64,000 nucleotides of DNA from Opitutia bacterium (GCA_050506795.1 JBJHCF010000005.1:1-64000); one strand, 5' to 3'; positions 1 to 9,663 are shown, counted from the stretch's first letter. The notes: generated from the letters alone by a model not told the origin. Program-made: numbers and translations.

Positions 1-155
1 CCCCGAGCCGGGGGGGTGCGGGGGGCGGCGGCGAGCGCCCCCGCAAACGGCCCTGTCATGGCATTTTCAGGTCAGATTGACCCACAGATTCGCCGGAGGA
101 CCCTTAAAATTTAACTTTACGTTCAGAAACAATTAAAATGGGGAGGCGGTTAATT

Positions 156-175
156 TTTAATTAAAGGGCTGACCC
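156..175 (+). repeat. CTGACCC-ending element terminus (copy 1)
   Basis: TTTAATTAAAGGGCTGACCC matches 49193-49212 (TTTAATTTAAGGGCTGACCC) at 19/20 positions; both follow AT-rich DNA. Confidence 0.6.
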
Positions 176-211
176 TAACGGATTCCCCCCCAAGATTCAG
201 CTACGGTGCAA

Positions 212-245
212 TTGGGATTGTGATCGTGTTGGGATTGTGATCGTG
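212..245 (+). repeat. 17-bp tandem duplication
   Basis: TTGGGATTGTGATCGTG x2, exact. Confidence 0.85.
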
Positions 246-316
246 ATAGGTTCGTTTGAACGAAAAACTTCCCCTTGTCCCGTCACCGGGCATTGATCAA
301 CGTCTCGGGTTAACTG

Positions 317-2068
317 ATGAAACGATATACAAGCGTCATCCGAATTTCCCTTTGTGTTGTCCTGGCGACTCTCAATCTTCACGGCGCTTACCGCGAAACC
401 GTTGGTTGGAACCGGTTGGTGGCGGAACTGGGAGACGATTTGCCGATTGGGCGGAATATCGGGGTGGGCATGATCGAATCGCCGCTGTTTGTCAGTAATT
501 ACCAGCCGAATACCACGAATCCCGAGTTCAACGGCAAAACGTTCGATATGAAATCGGGTGGGGCTTCGGTTTCGGAGCATGCCACCGTGGTGGCACAGCT
601 CTTTTTCGGCAACACGATGTCGATGGCGCCGGGAGTCGATATGATCGACGTGTACAATGCCAACTTGTGGGTAGTGGGGGATTTCCTGGGTACGGGTTCG
701 GGAGAATTGCCGAACGTGGAAACGAAACGGATTCAGAACCACAGTTGGACCGGGGCTTTTTCAGCATCAGTCCATGATCTTGAAGCGAACCGCCGGTTGG
801 ACTATGCGATCGAGCGCGACGGGTTCGTCGCGGTGGTGGCTTTGAGCAACGACACTCAGCCGCTGCGGCCCTTGATGGCTCACGCGTACAACGCCATTTC
901 CGTGGGTAAACCCAACGGACAGCACAACCGGGGTGGCACAGTGTTCGACGAACCCGGACGCATCCGTCCGGACCTGGTGTCGCCGGGCGACGGGAGCGGG
1001 TTGTTCACCAGCTTTTCAGCGCCGACCGTCAGCGCTTCGGCTGCGATGCTCCTCGACGAAGCCGATCGCACGCCCGGTTTGGCGAACGCCCGTCACCGTC
1101 CGGAGGTGATCAAATCCATCCTGATGGCGGGAGCCGACAAGGCGCCGTTTTCGAACTGGGAGCGGAGCGACGAGCTGCCGATGGACGAGGTCTTCGGCGC
1201 GGGCCGGCTCAACATTTACAACAGTTATCGAATCCTGACCGGAGGCGAACATCCGCCGGCGTCGGATGGATTCGTCGCCGGTTCGGCCTGGCACCTGGGA
1301 GACACCTCGGACGGTGATTCGGCGAAGTATTTCTTTTCCTTTGCCGACGATCAGGAAACGTTCACCGCCAACCTGTCCTGGCACCGCCTTTTCAACCTGG
1401 AGGAAGCCGATTTCCAGGGGGCCGAGCCGCTGGTCGCCCGGTTGGAATTGCGGCTGTTCGAGGCGGAGGGGTTTGTGCTCGGGGGCGAAGTGCAGGTCAG
1501 TGTCGATCCAGTCAACAACGTGCAGCATATTTACCTGGAGAACCTGCCGGCCGGCGAGTATGCGCTGCGGTTCGATGTGGTGGACGATCCCACCCTGGAC
1601 GGCGTACTGTATGCCCTGGCGTGGAACGGAGTTCCGGTGGTGCCTCCGCCCCCGACTACCTACGCCGGATGGGTGGAAAAGTATTTTTCTCCGGAAGACG
1701 ACGCCACCGGTCCCGAAGCCGATCCCGCCGGCGACGGCGTTCCCAACCTGATGGTGTTCGCCCTTGCCGGCGACCCGCACTGTTCGAACCGGGCGTTGCT
1801 TCCGGTTCGTGGAATCGTGACGGACGGAGGCGAATCGTATCTGTCACTCACCTACACCCGGCCGGAGGTCGTCGAAGACCTTACGTACCGCATCGACGGT
1901 TCGTCGGATTTGGAGGCCTGGATGGAAGATGTGGCCGTTTTGGTGGAGGAGACGGTCAATGACAACGGCACAGTGACCCGAACCTACCGTGACACCGAAC
2001 CAATTCGCGAGAACGGCCGCCGGCTGTTGAAGTTGACCATTACCGGCGAAGGTATGGGTCCGGAATAA
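317..2068 (+). CDS. Secreted S8 (subtilisin-like) serine peptidase with C-terminal DPxGDGxxN-type domain
   Basis: Signal peptide; VGMIES (acid site), HATVVA (His), RPDLVSPG, TSFSAP (Ser), FGAGRLN; C-terminal ADPAGDGVPNLMVFALAGDP...YRIDGSSDLEAW. Confidence 0.85.
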   Translation: MKRYTSVIRISLCVVLATLNLHGAYRETVGWNRLVAELGDDLPIGRNIGVGMIESPLFVSNYQPNTTNPEFNGKTFDMKSGGASVSEHATVVAQLFFGNTMSMAPGVDMIDVYNANLWVVGDFLGTGSGELPNVETKRIQNHSWTGAFSASVHDLEANRRLDYAIERDGFVAVVALSNDTQPLRPLMAHAYNAISVGKPNGQHNRGGTVFDEPGRIRPDLVSPGDGSGLFTSFSAPTVSASAAMLLDEADRTPGLANARHRPEVIKSILMAGADKAPFSNWERSDELPMDEVFGAGRLNIYNSYRILTGGEHPPASDGFVAGSAWHLGDTSDGDSAKYFFSFADDQETFTANLSWHRLFNLEEADFQGAEPLVARLELRLFEAEGFVLGGEVQVSVDPVNNVQHIYLENLPAGEYALRFDVVDDPTLDGVLYALAWNGVPVVPPPPTTYAGWVEKYFSPEDDATGPEADPAGDGVPNLMVFALAGDPHCSNRALLPVRGIVTDGGESYLSLTYTRPEVVEDLTYRIDGSSDLEAWMEDVAVLVEETVNDNGTVTRTYRDTEPIRENGRRLLKLTITGEGMGPE

Positions 2069-2195
2069 ATCGGGCATCATTGAGCAGACTGACCGGTGGC
2101 TTATATTCCGCGTGATTAGTGGGCCGCGATTTTCCTACGAAACCCGGGTGGAAACCTGAGCTTGACTTTAGGCTGTATTCATGCATGGTTGTGTT

Positions 2196-2432
2196 ATGGC
2201 AACGAAGACCATAAGTTTAGAAATTGAGGCGTATGAAAAGCTGCGCCGAGCGAAGCGTTTTCCGAGGGAGTCGTTTTCCGAGGTCGTTATGCGTGCATCC
2301 ATTCCTGGCGGTGGAGTGAGTGGGCGGGAGCTTCTCTCCGGGTTTGATTCGTCCGAGTCGGCTTTCACAGAGGAAGCGCTTGACGAGATCGACGTGCTCA
2401 ACGCAAATGATGCGCCCCCCGATATCCCATGA
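2196..2432 (+). CDS. vapB: Antitoxin, VapB family
   Basis: MATKTISLEIEAYEKLRRAK...ESFSEVV; ATGA overlap with the downstream PIN gene; TTGACT -35-like box at 2162-2167. Confidence 0.8.
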   Translation: MATKTISLEIEAYEKLRRAKRFPRESFSEVVMRASIPGGGVSGRELLSGFDSSESAFTEEALDEIDVLNANDAPPDIP

Positions 2433-2818
2433 TATTGGACTCCACATTCCTGGTCGATTTTGAGCGGGAACGTAAAAAGCGGAAGCGGGGGGCCGCCTTT
2501 GCCTTTCTCAACGCACACGCGGACGATCGGTTCTGCATCACCTTTACAATAGCCGGTGAGCTCGCCGCAGGGCTGTCATTAGGTGTGGCACGCGCCAAGT
2601 GGTATCGTTTCATTCAACCATTTCGGATTTTGGAGTCGTCCGGGGATGTAGCCTGGGAATTTGGTCGGGCGTTTCGTTATCTCCGGTCGCAGGGCACCCT
2701 GATTGGGGCCAACGACCTGTGGATCGGTGCTACCGGCTTGGCGCACGGTCTGCCGGTAGTGACGCGAAATACGAGGGAGTTTGAACGGATTCCCGGCTTG
2801 GAGGTTTTGAGCTACTGA
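2429..2818 (+). CDS. vapC: PIN-domain toxin VapC
   Basis: ILDSTFLVD, GEL, IGANDLWIGATGL, VVTRNTREFERIPGL; 129 aa. Confidence 0.92.
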   Translation: MILDSTFLVDFERERKKRKRGAAFAFLNAHADDRFCITFTIAGELAAGLSLGVARAKWYRFIQPFRILESSGDVAWEFGRAFRYLRSQGTLIGANDLWIGATGLAHGLPVVTRNTREFERIPGLEVLSY

Positions 2819-2987
2819 CGCTCTCATTATCACATAGGATCCGGCTTGGTTGGACGTGGAAGGAGCTATGCCGTTGTCCCGGAGCCTCCCTCTCCAGGCG
2901 GAGCCGCTTCAAGGAAGGGCTGTTTGGATCGGATGTCCTTTGGGCGTGCACCCGTCAGGGTCAGCGTCTGACGGATCACTCGGTATC

Positions 2988-3077
2988 CGTAGCGCCCTGC
3001 TTCAGCGGGCGTCTGTGAAGCGTGCGAGGGCGGTTCCCGGGCAAGGGAACTCCGGCTTATGTAAGCACGGAGCTACG
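2988..3077. repeat. Inverted pair of GTAG-type REP elements (REPIN-like)
   Basis: CGTAGCGCCCTGCTTCAGCGGGCG (2988-3011) and inverted CTCCGGCT(TATGT)AAGCACGGAGCTACG (3050-3077). Confidence 0.85.
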
Positions 3078-3130
3078 GGGTCGGGTTTCGGGGCTTGTCA
3101 CCCGTTACGGCCTGCGGCGTAATGGCGGGT

Positions 3131-3700
3131 ATGGCTGAGGAATCGGAGACTTTGTCGTCCTGGGAAGTGTTGCGGCGGGAGTCGCACGCGGACTGCCGCG
3201 TGTTTACGGTGACCCGGAACGTGTGTCGTCACGCTTCGGAAGGCAAGGAAGCGGAGTTCTTCGTTATTCAGTCGGTTCCCTGGATCAACGTGCTGGCGAT
3301 CACCCCGGAGAAAAAGATGGTCCTGGTGCGGCAGTACCGGTTTGGAATCGAAGGGTTTTCTCTGGAGATTCCCGGCGGTATGGCCGACGGGGACGAAGAC
3401 CCGGTGACCGCCGGCGTGCGCGAACTTCGGGAGGAGACGGGGTACGTCGGCCGCAACGCCCGCCAGATCGGAGTGGTGCACCCGAACCCCGCCATTCAGA
3501 ACAACACCTGTCACCTGGTGCTGGTCGAGGACGCGCGCCGGGAGGCGGAGATCGAGTGGGACCACCATGAGGAAATGGAGACGGTCCTGATGGACGTGGA
3601 AGAGGTTTTCGAATTGGCCCGCTCCGGCGGTATCACCCATTCGCTGGTGATCGACGCGTTCTTTTTCTTCCTGCCGTATTGGGAGAAGATGAAGCCGTAG
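3131..3700 (+). CDS. NUDIX hydrolase (ADP-ribose pyrophosphatase-like)
   Basis: Nudix box GGMADGDEDPVTAGVRELREETGY and VRQYR motif; start at 3122 or 3131. Confidence 0.9.
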   Translation: MAEESETLSSWEVLRRESHADCRVFTVTRNVCRHASEGKEAEFFVIQSVPWINVLAITPEKKMVLVRQYRFGIEGFSLEIPGGMADGDEDPVTAGVRELREETGYVGRNARQIGVVHPNPAIQNNTCHLVLVEDARREAEIEWDHHEEMETVLMDVEEVFELARSGGITHSLVIDAFFFFLPYWEKMKP

Positions 3701-4020
3701 CGCCCAGCTTCAGCGGGCGCCGGGACGGTCCGCAAAACGAACCCGCTTACCGGGATCCGGAAGTCGGGCTGAAGCACCGACCTACGTAAGGGAGCCATGA
3801 AACCGTAGCGCCCAGCTTCAGCGGGCGTTTGTGTGGTGTGCGGAGGGCACCTCCGGGAAAGAGGACTCCGGCTGAAGCACGGAGCTACGGGGACTGCGGT
3901 GAACGTAGCGCCCAGCTTCAGCGGGCGTTTGTGCGGCGTGCGGACGGTGGTTTCGGAAAGAGGACTCCGGCTGAAGCACGGAGCTACGGGAAGAAACGTA
4001 GCGCCCTGCTTCAGCGGGCG
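3696..4020. repeat. BIME/REPIN-like array of 7 GTAG-REP hairpins in alternating orientation
   Basis: 24-bp units at 3696(+), 3763(-), 3804(+), 3866(-), 3904(+), 3965(-), 3997(+); ~100-bp period; lies between convergent genes. Confidence 0.9.
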
Positions 4021-4028
4021 GCGATCCA

Positions 4029-6410
4029 CTATTTGGGACGTTGTATCCAGACGGAGGTGACGGAGATGAGGGAACTGAGGGGCATGACGATGGCGGCGAT
4101 GAGCGGGTTCATTTTGCCGGCCAGGCAGAGGGTCAGGGTGATGGCGTTGTAGACGATTGTAAAGGCGAACACCCGGCGGAGGGTGCGGGCGCGTTTTTCG
4201 GAGGTTTGGAAAAGGCAGCGGATGCCATCGATGCCTTTGCCCAGGAAATAGAAGTCCGCTTTTTGCTCCAGCACGCCCCGGTCGACGGCGGGTGTGCCGC
4301 GGCACCAGGTGGCGTCGAAGGCCAGGCTGTCGTTGGCGCCGTCGCCGATCATGAGGGTGTCGCGTTCGTCGTGACGGTGTATCCATGCCGCCTTGTCGTC
4401 GGGAGAGAGCCCGCCCAGCGCCCGATCGGCGGGCAGGCCCAGGCTTTGCGCCAGGGAGCGCACTTTTTCGGGTCGGTCGCCGCTCAGGACGTAGACCTCG
4501 AAGCCTTCGGCTTGCCATCGTTCGATTTCGCGGCGGGCATCGGCGCGGGCTTCTTCGGCGAGGTGGAACTCCGCGAGGACGTCGCCGTTCAAGGACAACA
4601 GGCAGTCGGCTTCTCGGTTTTCCGACGACGAAGCGTCGCCCGAACGCGCCCAGTCGGGTTTTCCCAGGCGCCAGATCCCTTCCGGGGTGATGGCTTTGAG
4701 TCCTTTGCCGGGCAGTTCGGTGATCGGCATGAGGTCTTCGGAGGCGGAGCGGGTTTCCGGCAGTCCGACCAGGTATTGACGCAGGCACCGGCTGATCGGG
4801 TGGAGGCTGCCTTCGACCATGCGCAGCAACACGCCGCGGGCGCGTTCCGGAAGGGCTCGCAGGGTTTCCGGGTTGGACAGGACGAGGTGTTCCAGGGTGA
4901 GGGTGCCGGTTTTGTCGAACAGGACTTTCCGCACCCGCCTGATGCGTTGCCAGAGGCCTTTCTCGCGGATGAAGATGCCGTGCCGGCGCAAGGCCGAAGC
5001 GGCCAGTTCGTCGTTCAGGGGCCAGGCTACGCCAATGGCACAGGGACAGGAAACCACCAGCACCGAAATCAAAACCTGGAGCGCTGCGTAGGTGTCGCCG
5101 GTTCCCATTTGCCAGGCGGTGAAACCGATGGCGCCGATCAACAGCACGGCGGCAATGTAGATCGATATGACCCGTTCGACCAGGGGATAACGCTCCATGC
5201 CCCGCTGATCGATCGCGGTCAGACGATCCAGGAAGGAGCCGTCCCAATCCTCCTCCGCGCGAAACTCCGGAGGACGGGAATCCAGGGGAATCGCGCCTCC
5301 CGGCACCACCTGGCCTTTGCGGTAGAGTCGGGCTTCCGGTTCGCCGTTGATCCATTCCATGCCGAAGGACGCGGCTTCGCTCAGGAGTAGCGAACGCACC
5401 GGCAGGAACTGGCCCGGGGCGATCCGAAACCGCGCTCCGGCGTTCAGTTCATTCACGCTCGCCTGACGCTCCCCGGAGGCGTCGAGCAGGGTCACCTTGC
5501 GCCGGTGGCTCTGCTGTTCCAGCAGGAAATTGCGGTTGGCTTCCACCGCCCGTTGGTGGGTCCAGCGTCCGACCAGCATGAGGAAGATGAAAATGGCGAC
5601 GAAATCGAAATAAACGAAGGAATGGTCGCCGCGCGACCAGGCGAAAAGAGAACCGCCGTAGGCGAACGTGATGCCCAGGGCGATGGGAAGGTCGATGCTG
5701 ACGGTGCTCCGCCGCAGGCTTTGCATGGCGCGCCCAATGAAATAACCGCCGCCGGCCATCATGCTGGCGGTGGCGAAAATCATAGCCAGAAATTCAAAAA
5801 GCCGCGCGTATTCGAAATCCCGATCCATTCCGAGATAGCCGGGCAGGGTAAACAGCATGCAGTTGCCGGCCAGGGCGGCGCAGACGCCCATCTTGCGAAC
5901 CAATACATTGCTTTCCCGTCCGTCCTTGGTTCCGGGCGGGGCCAGCAGATAGCCGTAGGACTGGATCTCGCGGGCGAAGGCCGGGGCGTCGAATTTTCCG
6001 GCCGCCCATTCCAGACGAACCTGTCCCAGGGTCGCGTTAATCTCGATGGACAGGGCTCCGGGGCTGGATTGAAAGACTTTCTCTATGAGCCACACGCAGC
6101 CGAGGCAGGTGATGCCCTGGACGTCCAGCAACAAGTGACACGGTTCGCTTTCGGACTCCGCCTCCCGCGTCGCGACCGCTTCCTGGAGCCAGTCGAAGTC
6201 ACGCGGCTCGAACACATGGGGTTTTACCGGTTGCCCCTTGCCGGCGCGCAGATCGTAAAATTTATCGAGTCCGTTTTCCTGCAGCAGGTCGTGCACGAAG
6301 CGGCAGCCGGCGCAACAGAAGTCCTCCTCGTAGGCATTCTCCGGCACGGGCTGCCCGCAATGGCGGCAGTCGACCTTTGTGCTTTCAACGGTGGGGGCGG
6401 CGAGCTTCAT
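4029..6410 (-). CDS. ccoI: cbb3-associated P1B-type heavy-metal (Cu) ATPase CcoI/FixI
   Basis: CRHC/FCCAGC N-terminus, CLGC, CPC, DKTGT, HP, GDGAND; located in the cco cluster. Confidence 0.92.
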   Translation of the reverse strand: MKLAAPTVESTKVDCRHCGQPVPENAYEEDFCCAGCRFVHDLLQENGLDKFYDLRAGKGQPVKPHVFEPRDFDWLQEAVATREAESESEPCHLLLDVQGITCLGCVWLIEKVFQSSPGALSIEINATLGQVRLEWAAGKFDAPAFAREIQSYGYLLAPPGTKDGRESNVLVRKMGVCAALAGNCMLFTLPGYLGMDRDFEYARLFEFLAMIFATASMMAGGGYFIGRAMQSLRRSTVSIDLPIALGITFAYGGSLFAWSRGDHSFVYFDFVAIFIFLMLVGRWTHQRAVEANRNFLLEQQSHRRKVTLLDASGERQASVNELNAGARFRIAPGQFLPVRSLLLSEAASFGMEWINGEPEARLYRKGQVVPGGAIPLDSRPPEFRAEEDWDGSFLDRLTAIDQRGMERYPLVERVISIYIAAVLLIGAIGFTAWQMGTGDTYAALQVLISVLVVSCPCAIGVAWPLNDELAASALRRHGIFIREKGLWQRIRRVRKVLFDKTGTLTLEHLVLSNPETLRALPERARGVLLRMVEGSLHPISRCLRQYLVGLPETRSASEDLMPITELPGKGLKAITPEGIWRLGKPDWARSGDASSSENREADCLLSLNGDVLAEFHLAEEARADARREIERWQAEGFEVYVLSGDRPEKVRSLAQSLGLPADRALGGLSPDDKAAWIHRHDERDTLMIGDGANDSLAFDATWCRGTPAVDRGVLEQKADFYFLGKGIDGIRCLFQTSEKRARTLRRVFAFTIVYNAITLTLCLAGKMNPLIAAIVMPLSSLISVTSVWIQRPK

Positions 6411-6413
6411 TCT

Positions 6414-7118
6414 TTAGTGGAACGGACAGGTGGCGTTGGCCGCGGTGGCGGGGTCGAAGCCCTCGCCGACACTGGCCCGCCAGGCGATAAGGATCAAGGA
6501 CACCAGCGCCAGGGATTTTTGGATACGCGACAGGGCGACGGGCGAGAATCGCGACCTCAGGCGAAAGTACTGGGATTGCACCAGCCAGAGGGGCGCCACG
6601 GTGCCAAGTGCGAACGCGGCCAACAGGAGCCCGCCGGCCAGGGCCGAGCCGGAAAACACGGCCACGCCGAAAACCATGTAGAGTGGCGCGCAGGGAAGAA
6701 AGGGCGTGAGCGCTCCCAGCACGGCGCCGGTTCGTTTTTCGCCCCAGCGGGCGGTGCGCAGGCGCAGTCGGAAGGCCAGTTTGGAAACGGCCGCCGGCAG
6801 GCGCGCTCTTTTTTCCCAGCCGAGCATAAACGCCAGAAACAGGACGACGAACGCCCAGGGGAGAAAGGCGGTCAAGGGAAAGGCAAAGATATGGGCGACC
6901 GCACCCCCCAGCAACCCGGCCAGGACACCCACCAGGGCGTAGGAGAGCAGGCGGGTTCCGTGGTAGGTCGCCAGGGCCCACTGCGGCGATCCTGCCGCCG
7001 GGTTCTTTCCCGGGATGGCGGCGCAGGCCAGCGGGCCGCACATGCCGATGCAGTGCACGCTGGTCACCAGTCCGGCGAGCAGTCCGGCCAGGGGCGTCTG
7101 AACGACGGTCAGGTCCAT
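6414..7118 (-). CDS. DsbD_2/TauE-like membrane protein of cbb3 assembly clusters
   Basis: HCIGMCGP and PFLPCAPLY...FALGT motifs; multiple TM segments; start MDLTVV. Confidence 0.85.
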   Translation of the reverse strand: MDLTVVQTPLAGLLAGLVTSVHCIGMCGPLACAAIPGKNPAAGSPQWALATYHGTRLLSYALVGVLAGLLGGAVAHIFAFPLTAFLPWAFVVLFLAFMLGWEKRARLPAAVSKLAFRLRLRTARWGEKRTGAVLGALTPFLPCAPLYMVFGVAVFSGSALAGGLLLAAFALGTVAPLWLVQSQYFRLRSRFSPVALSRIQKSLALVSLILIAWRASVGEGFDPATAANATCPFH

Positions 7119-7297
7119 GCGGTGAAGGATGAAGGTTGAGGGATGAAGGATGAGGTGGAGGGGATGGCTTGCGAGAGATGGATGCGTTCGGGCTGGTTGT
7201 GGTGGGCGACCACAAAGAAGAAGACCCAGACGCTGATCAGGAGCAGGAATCCCATGATGATCAGGATCCACGGTTTTTCGGCGATGAGTTTGGTCAT
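7109..7297 (-). CDS. Small single-TM protein (FixH/CcoH position in the operon)
   Basis: KPWILIIMGFLLLISVWVFFFVVA hydrophobic helix; C-terminus is encoded by GAAGGAT-type heptamer repeats. Confidence 0.55.
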   Translation of the reverse strand: MTKLIAEKPWILIIMGFLLLISVWVFFFVVAHHNQPERIHLSQAIPSTSSFIPQPSSFTAWT

Positions 7298-7406
7298 GGT
7301 CTAGATTGGTTTGCGGTTTATCGGTTCGGCTTGGGTGCTTTCGAATCGTACATCAAGCCGTTGATCCAGGAGTATCGAACGGAGAAGGGTGTTACACGGA
7401 GTCACG

Positions 7407-7485
7407 CCCTCGACGAACTCAGGCCGGTGAGAGCCCACGGAGGCGGGGTAATCCAAATCTCCGTGTCTTTGTGTCTCCGTGTGAG
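7407..7485. repeat. Small intergenic repeat elements
   Basis: CCCTCGACGAACTCAGGCC hairpin-type element, plus GCCCACGGAG ... CTCCGTGT-CTTTGTGT-CTCCGTGT-GAG (8-mer tandem with an inverted partner). Confidence 0.5.
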
Positions 7486-7528
7486 CCTTTGCCTTTGTGA
7501 TTGGTACGATTTTCACGGTCTATCGAAA

Positions 7529-8902
7529 TTAAGCATCCGGGCCGAGGAAGGTCACGTCACGAGTGACGGTTTCGCTTCCGTTGACTTTATTGATTTCAAT
7601 TTGCACGGGGAACGATCCCCGGTAGGCGGAGCGGGGGAGGTGGAGGAAAACGGGAGTGACCCGTTCTTCATGCGGTTCCAGAAGAAGGGGCGATTCCGGG
7701 GTCTGGGTGACCAGGCTGTCGTGCTCACTGGCGGCGCTGATGGTGAAGGAGGCGGGTTCGCCGGTTTTGTTGATGACGCGTACCTGGAAGTGATTGCGGA
7801 TACTGTCTTCCTGCTGATAGTAAGGGGCTCCGGACATGCGAATGGCGCTGCCGCTGAAAGAGCCGACCTGTGACAGGGAGTAGGTGAACACGGTGGCGCC
7901 GAGGAGCATAAGGAAGGTGTAAAGGATGGTCCTCGGCCGGAAGAGCCGGGTCTTTTTTCCCGCGAGTCCGTTGAGAGAGTCGTAGCGGATCAACCCTTTG
8001 GGGCGTCCCAGTTTTTTCATGACATCGTCGCAGGCGTCGATGCAGGCGGTGCAGGCGACGCACTCCAGTTGAAGTCCCTGGCGGATGTCGATGCGGGTGG
8101 GACAGACGTTGACGCAGCGGAAGCAGTCGATGCAGTCGCCGGCCGAAGGATCGCTGGCGCGGCCGCGCGGTTCGCCGCGGGTTTCGTCGTAGCCGACCAC
8201 GATGGAGTCGTCGTCAATCAGGGCCGATTGCAAGCGACCGTAGGGGCAGATGACGATGCAGAGTTGTTCGCGGAACCAGGCGAAGTTGAAATAGAGGACT
8301 CCCGCGGTGACAAAGACCCAGAGGAAAACGCCCCAGTTGGCCAGCGGCGAGGCGGCCATCATGCCGTAAAGCCCGGGCAGAGAGACGAAATAGGACATGA
8401 AAACGTGGGCGATGACCAGGGCGAGAAGAATATAGATGCCGTGTTTTACCACGCGCCGGGCGCTTTTCCCCGGGGTGAGCGGCGCGGCTGCCAGGCGTTG
8501 GCGGGCCGGTCCAGGGCCGTCGATCCAGCGTTCGACCCGGCGAAAAAGGCCCTCCAGGAAAACGGTTTGCGGGCAGGCGTAGCCGCACCAGATGCGTCCG
8601 AAGAGGGCGGTTACGTAAAAGAGCGAAAAGGCCAGGCCGCTGATCAGGAAGAATACCAGCCAGAAATCCTGGGAAACGAAAGTATGGCCGAAGAGGTGGA
8701 ACCGACGGTTGGCGACGTCGAGAAACACCGCCGGCTGCCCGTTGACCGGGATCCACGGAAGCGCGATGTAAATGGCGATGAGGACCGCGAAGAGGGAGCG
8801 CCGCAGGAAATTGTACGGCCCACTGACGTCATGGGGGTGTACGAAGGCGCGGGAGCCGTCCTCATTGATCGTGCTCAGCGTTTCCCTGGAAGGTGCCGCC
8901 AT
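7529..8902 (-). CDS. ccoG: Cytochrome c oxidase accessory protein CcoG/FixG
   Basis: GRIWCGYACPQTVF, REQLCIVICPYGRLQS, CIDCFRCVNVCP, CVACTACIDACD. Confidence 0.96.
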   Translation of the reverse strand: MAAPSRETLSTINEDGSRAFVHPHDVSGPYNFLRRSLFAVLIAIYIALPWIPVNGQPAVFLDVANRRFHLFGHTFVSQDFWLVFFLISGLAFSLFYVTALFGRIWCGYACPQTVFLEGLFRRVERWIDGPGPARQRLAAAPLTPGKSARRVVKHGIYILLALVIAHVFMSYFVSLPGLYGMMAASPLANWGVFLWVFVTAGVLYFNFAWFREQLCIVICPYGRLQSALIDDDSIVVGYDETRGEPRGRASDPSAGDCIDCFRCVNVCPTRIDIRQGLQLECVACTACIDACDDVMKKLGRPKGLIRYDSLNGLAGKKTRLFRPRTILYTFLMLLGATVFTYSLSQVGSFSGSAIRMSGAPYYQQEDSIRNHFQVRVINKTGEPASFTISAASEHDSLVTQTPESPLLLEPHEERVTPVFLHLPRSAYRGSFPVQIEINKVNGSETVTRDVTFLGPDA

Positions 8903-8905
8903 GGA

Positions 8906-9472
8906 CTACTCCTCGTTCCCGTCTTCCGGCGGAATGAGATCCGGGTTCTCCGAAAGGATGAATGCCACCACGGCGTTGATGTTTCGGTCGCCGAGCGACT
9001 GCTGCCAGGGCGGCATGCCTGCTTCCATAATGCCCTCGCGAATGTTGCGCCGGATATCCATGGGTTCGGAACCGTAAGTCCAGTCGCCGTTCTTGAGGGC
9101 CGCTCCGATGCCGCCCTCGAGGTTGGGTCCGTGGCAGGCCGCGCAATTGGCGGCGTAGGCGTTACGACCGGCGGTCACCACGCTATCGTCTCGACTGAGT
9201 TCGATCAGCGACTCATTGCTGGCCTGGTCGAGGCCGGCGGCGCGGGCCTCGGCGGCGATGCGTTGCTGTTCGAGGGCGAATTTCTCCTCCTGGGTCAGCC
9301 CGACGCCGGAAGTATGATAGACGAACCAATACACGATGGAGAAGACGATGCTCCCGTAGAAGGTCATCAGCCACCAATTCGGCAGTTTTTTATCGTATTC
9401 CTGGATGCCGTCGAAGACGTGGTCCCGGAGGTCCTCGGTGTCGATGTCGTTACGATCGTTTTTCTGGCTCAT
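8906..9472 (-). CDS. ccoP: cbb3 oxidase subunit III (short monoheme CcoP)
   Basis: DHVFDGIQEYDKKLPNWW N-terminus; single CAACH; GMPPW. Confidence 0.9.
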   Translation of the reverse strand: MSQKNDRNDIDTEDLRDHVFDGIQEYDKKLPNWWLMTFYGSIVFSIVYWFVYHTSGVGLTQEEKFALEQQRIAAEARAAGLDQASNESLIELSRDDSVVTAGRNAYAANCAACHGPNLEGGIGAALKNGDWTYGSEPMDIRRNIREGIMEAGMPPWQQSLGDRNINAVVAFILSENPDLIPPEDGNEE

Positions 9473-9659
9473 CGGAATCGTTTTTCCTGGTGCGTTTTTT
9501 TTCTTCGTCCTCCAGCGGCATGGCGGCGAGGCGCTCGGCCTTTTTCTTTTTCATGAAAAGAGCCCTCACCACGAAGATGAGGAACCCGCCGGCGATCAGC
9601 GCGAAGGCGATGATCGTGAAGATATCCTGAAAACTGTCGAAGGTGAGACGGCTGAACAT
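9450..9659 (-). CDS. ccoQ: cbb3 oxidase subunit CcoQ-like
   Basis: One TM helix followed by AAMPLED; lies between ccoNO and ccoP. Confidence 0.7.
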   Translation of the reverse strand: MFSRLTFDSFQDIFTIIAFALIAGGFLIFVVRALFMKKKKAERLAAMPLEDEEKKRTRKNDSDEPEKRS

Positions 9660-9663
9660 GGCT

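Noticed and set aside
17..44. GC-rich hairpin TGCGGGGG..CCCCCGCA at the window start
   Set aside because: Real hairpin, but the upstream context is outside the window, so no function can be assigned.
3696..4020. CRISPR array
   Set aside because: Repeats alternate in orientation, two spacers are near-copies of each other, and no cas genes are present; it fits REP/BIME.
7301..7516. 71-aa ORF inside the cco operon
   Set aside because: Its translation (HTETQRHGD, RPEFVEG) derives from intergenic repeat elements.
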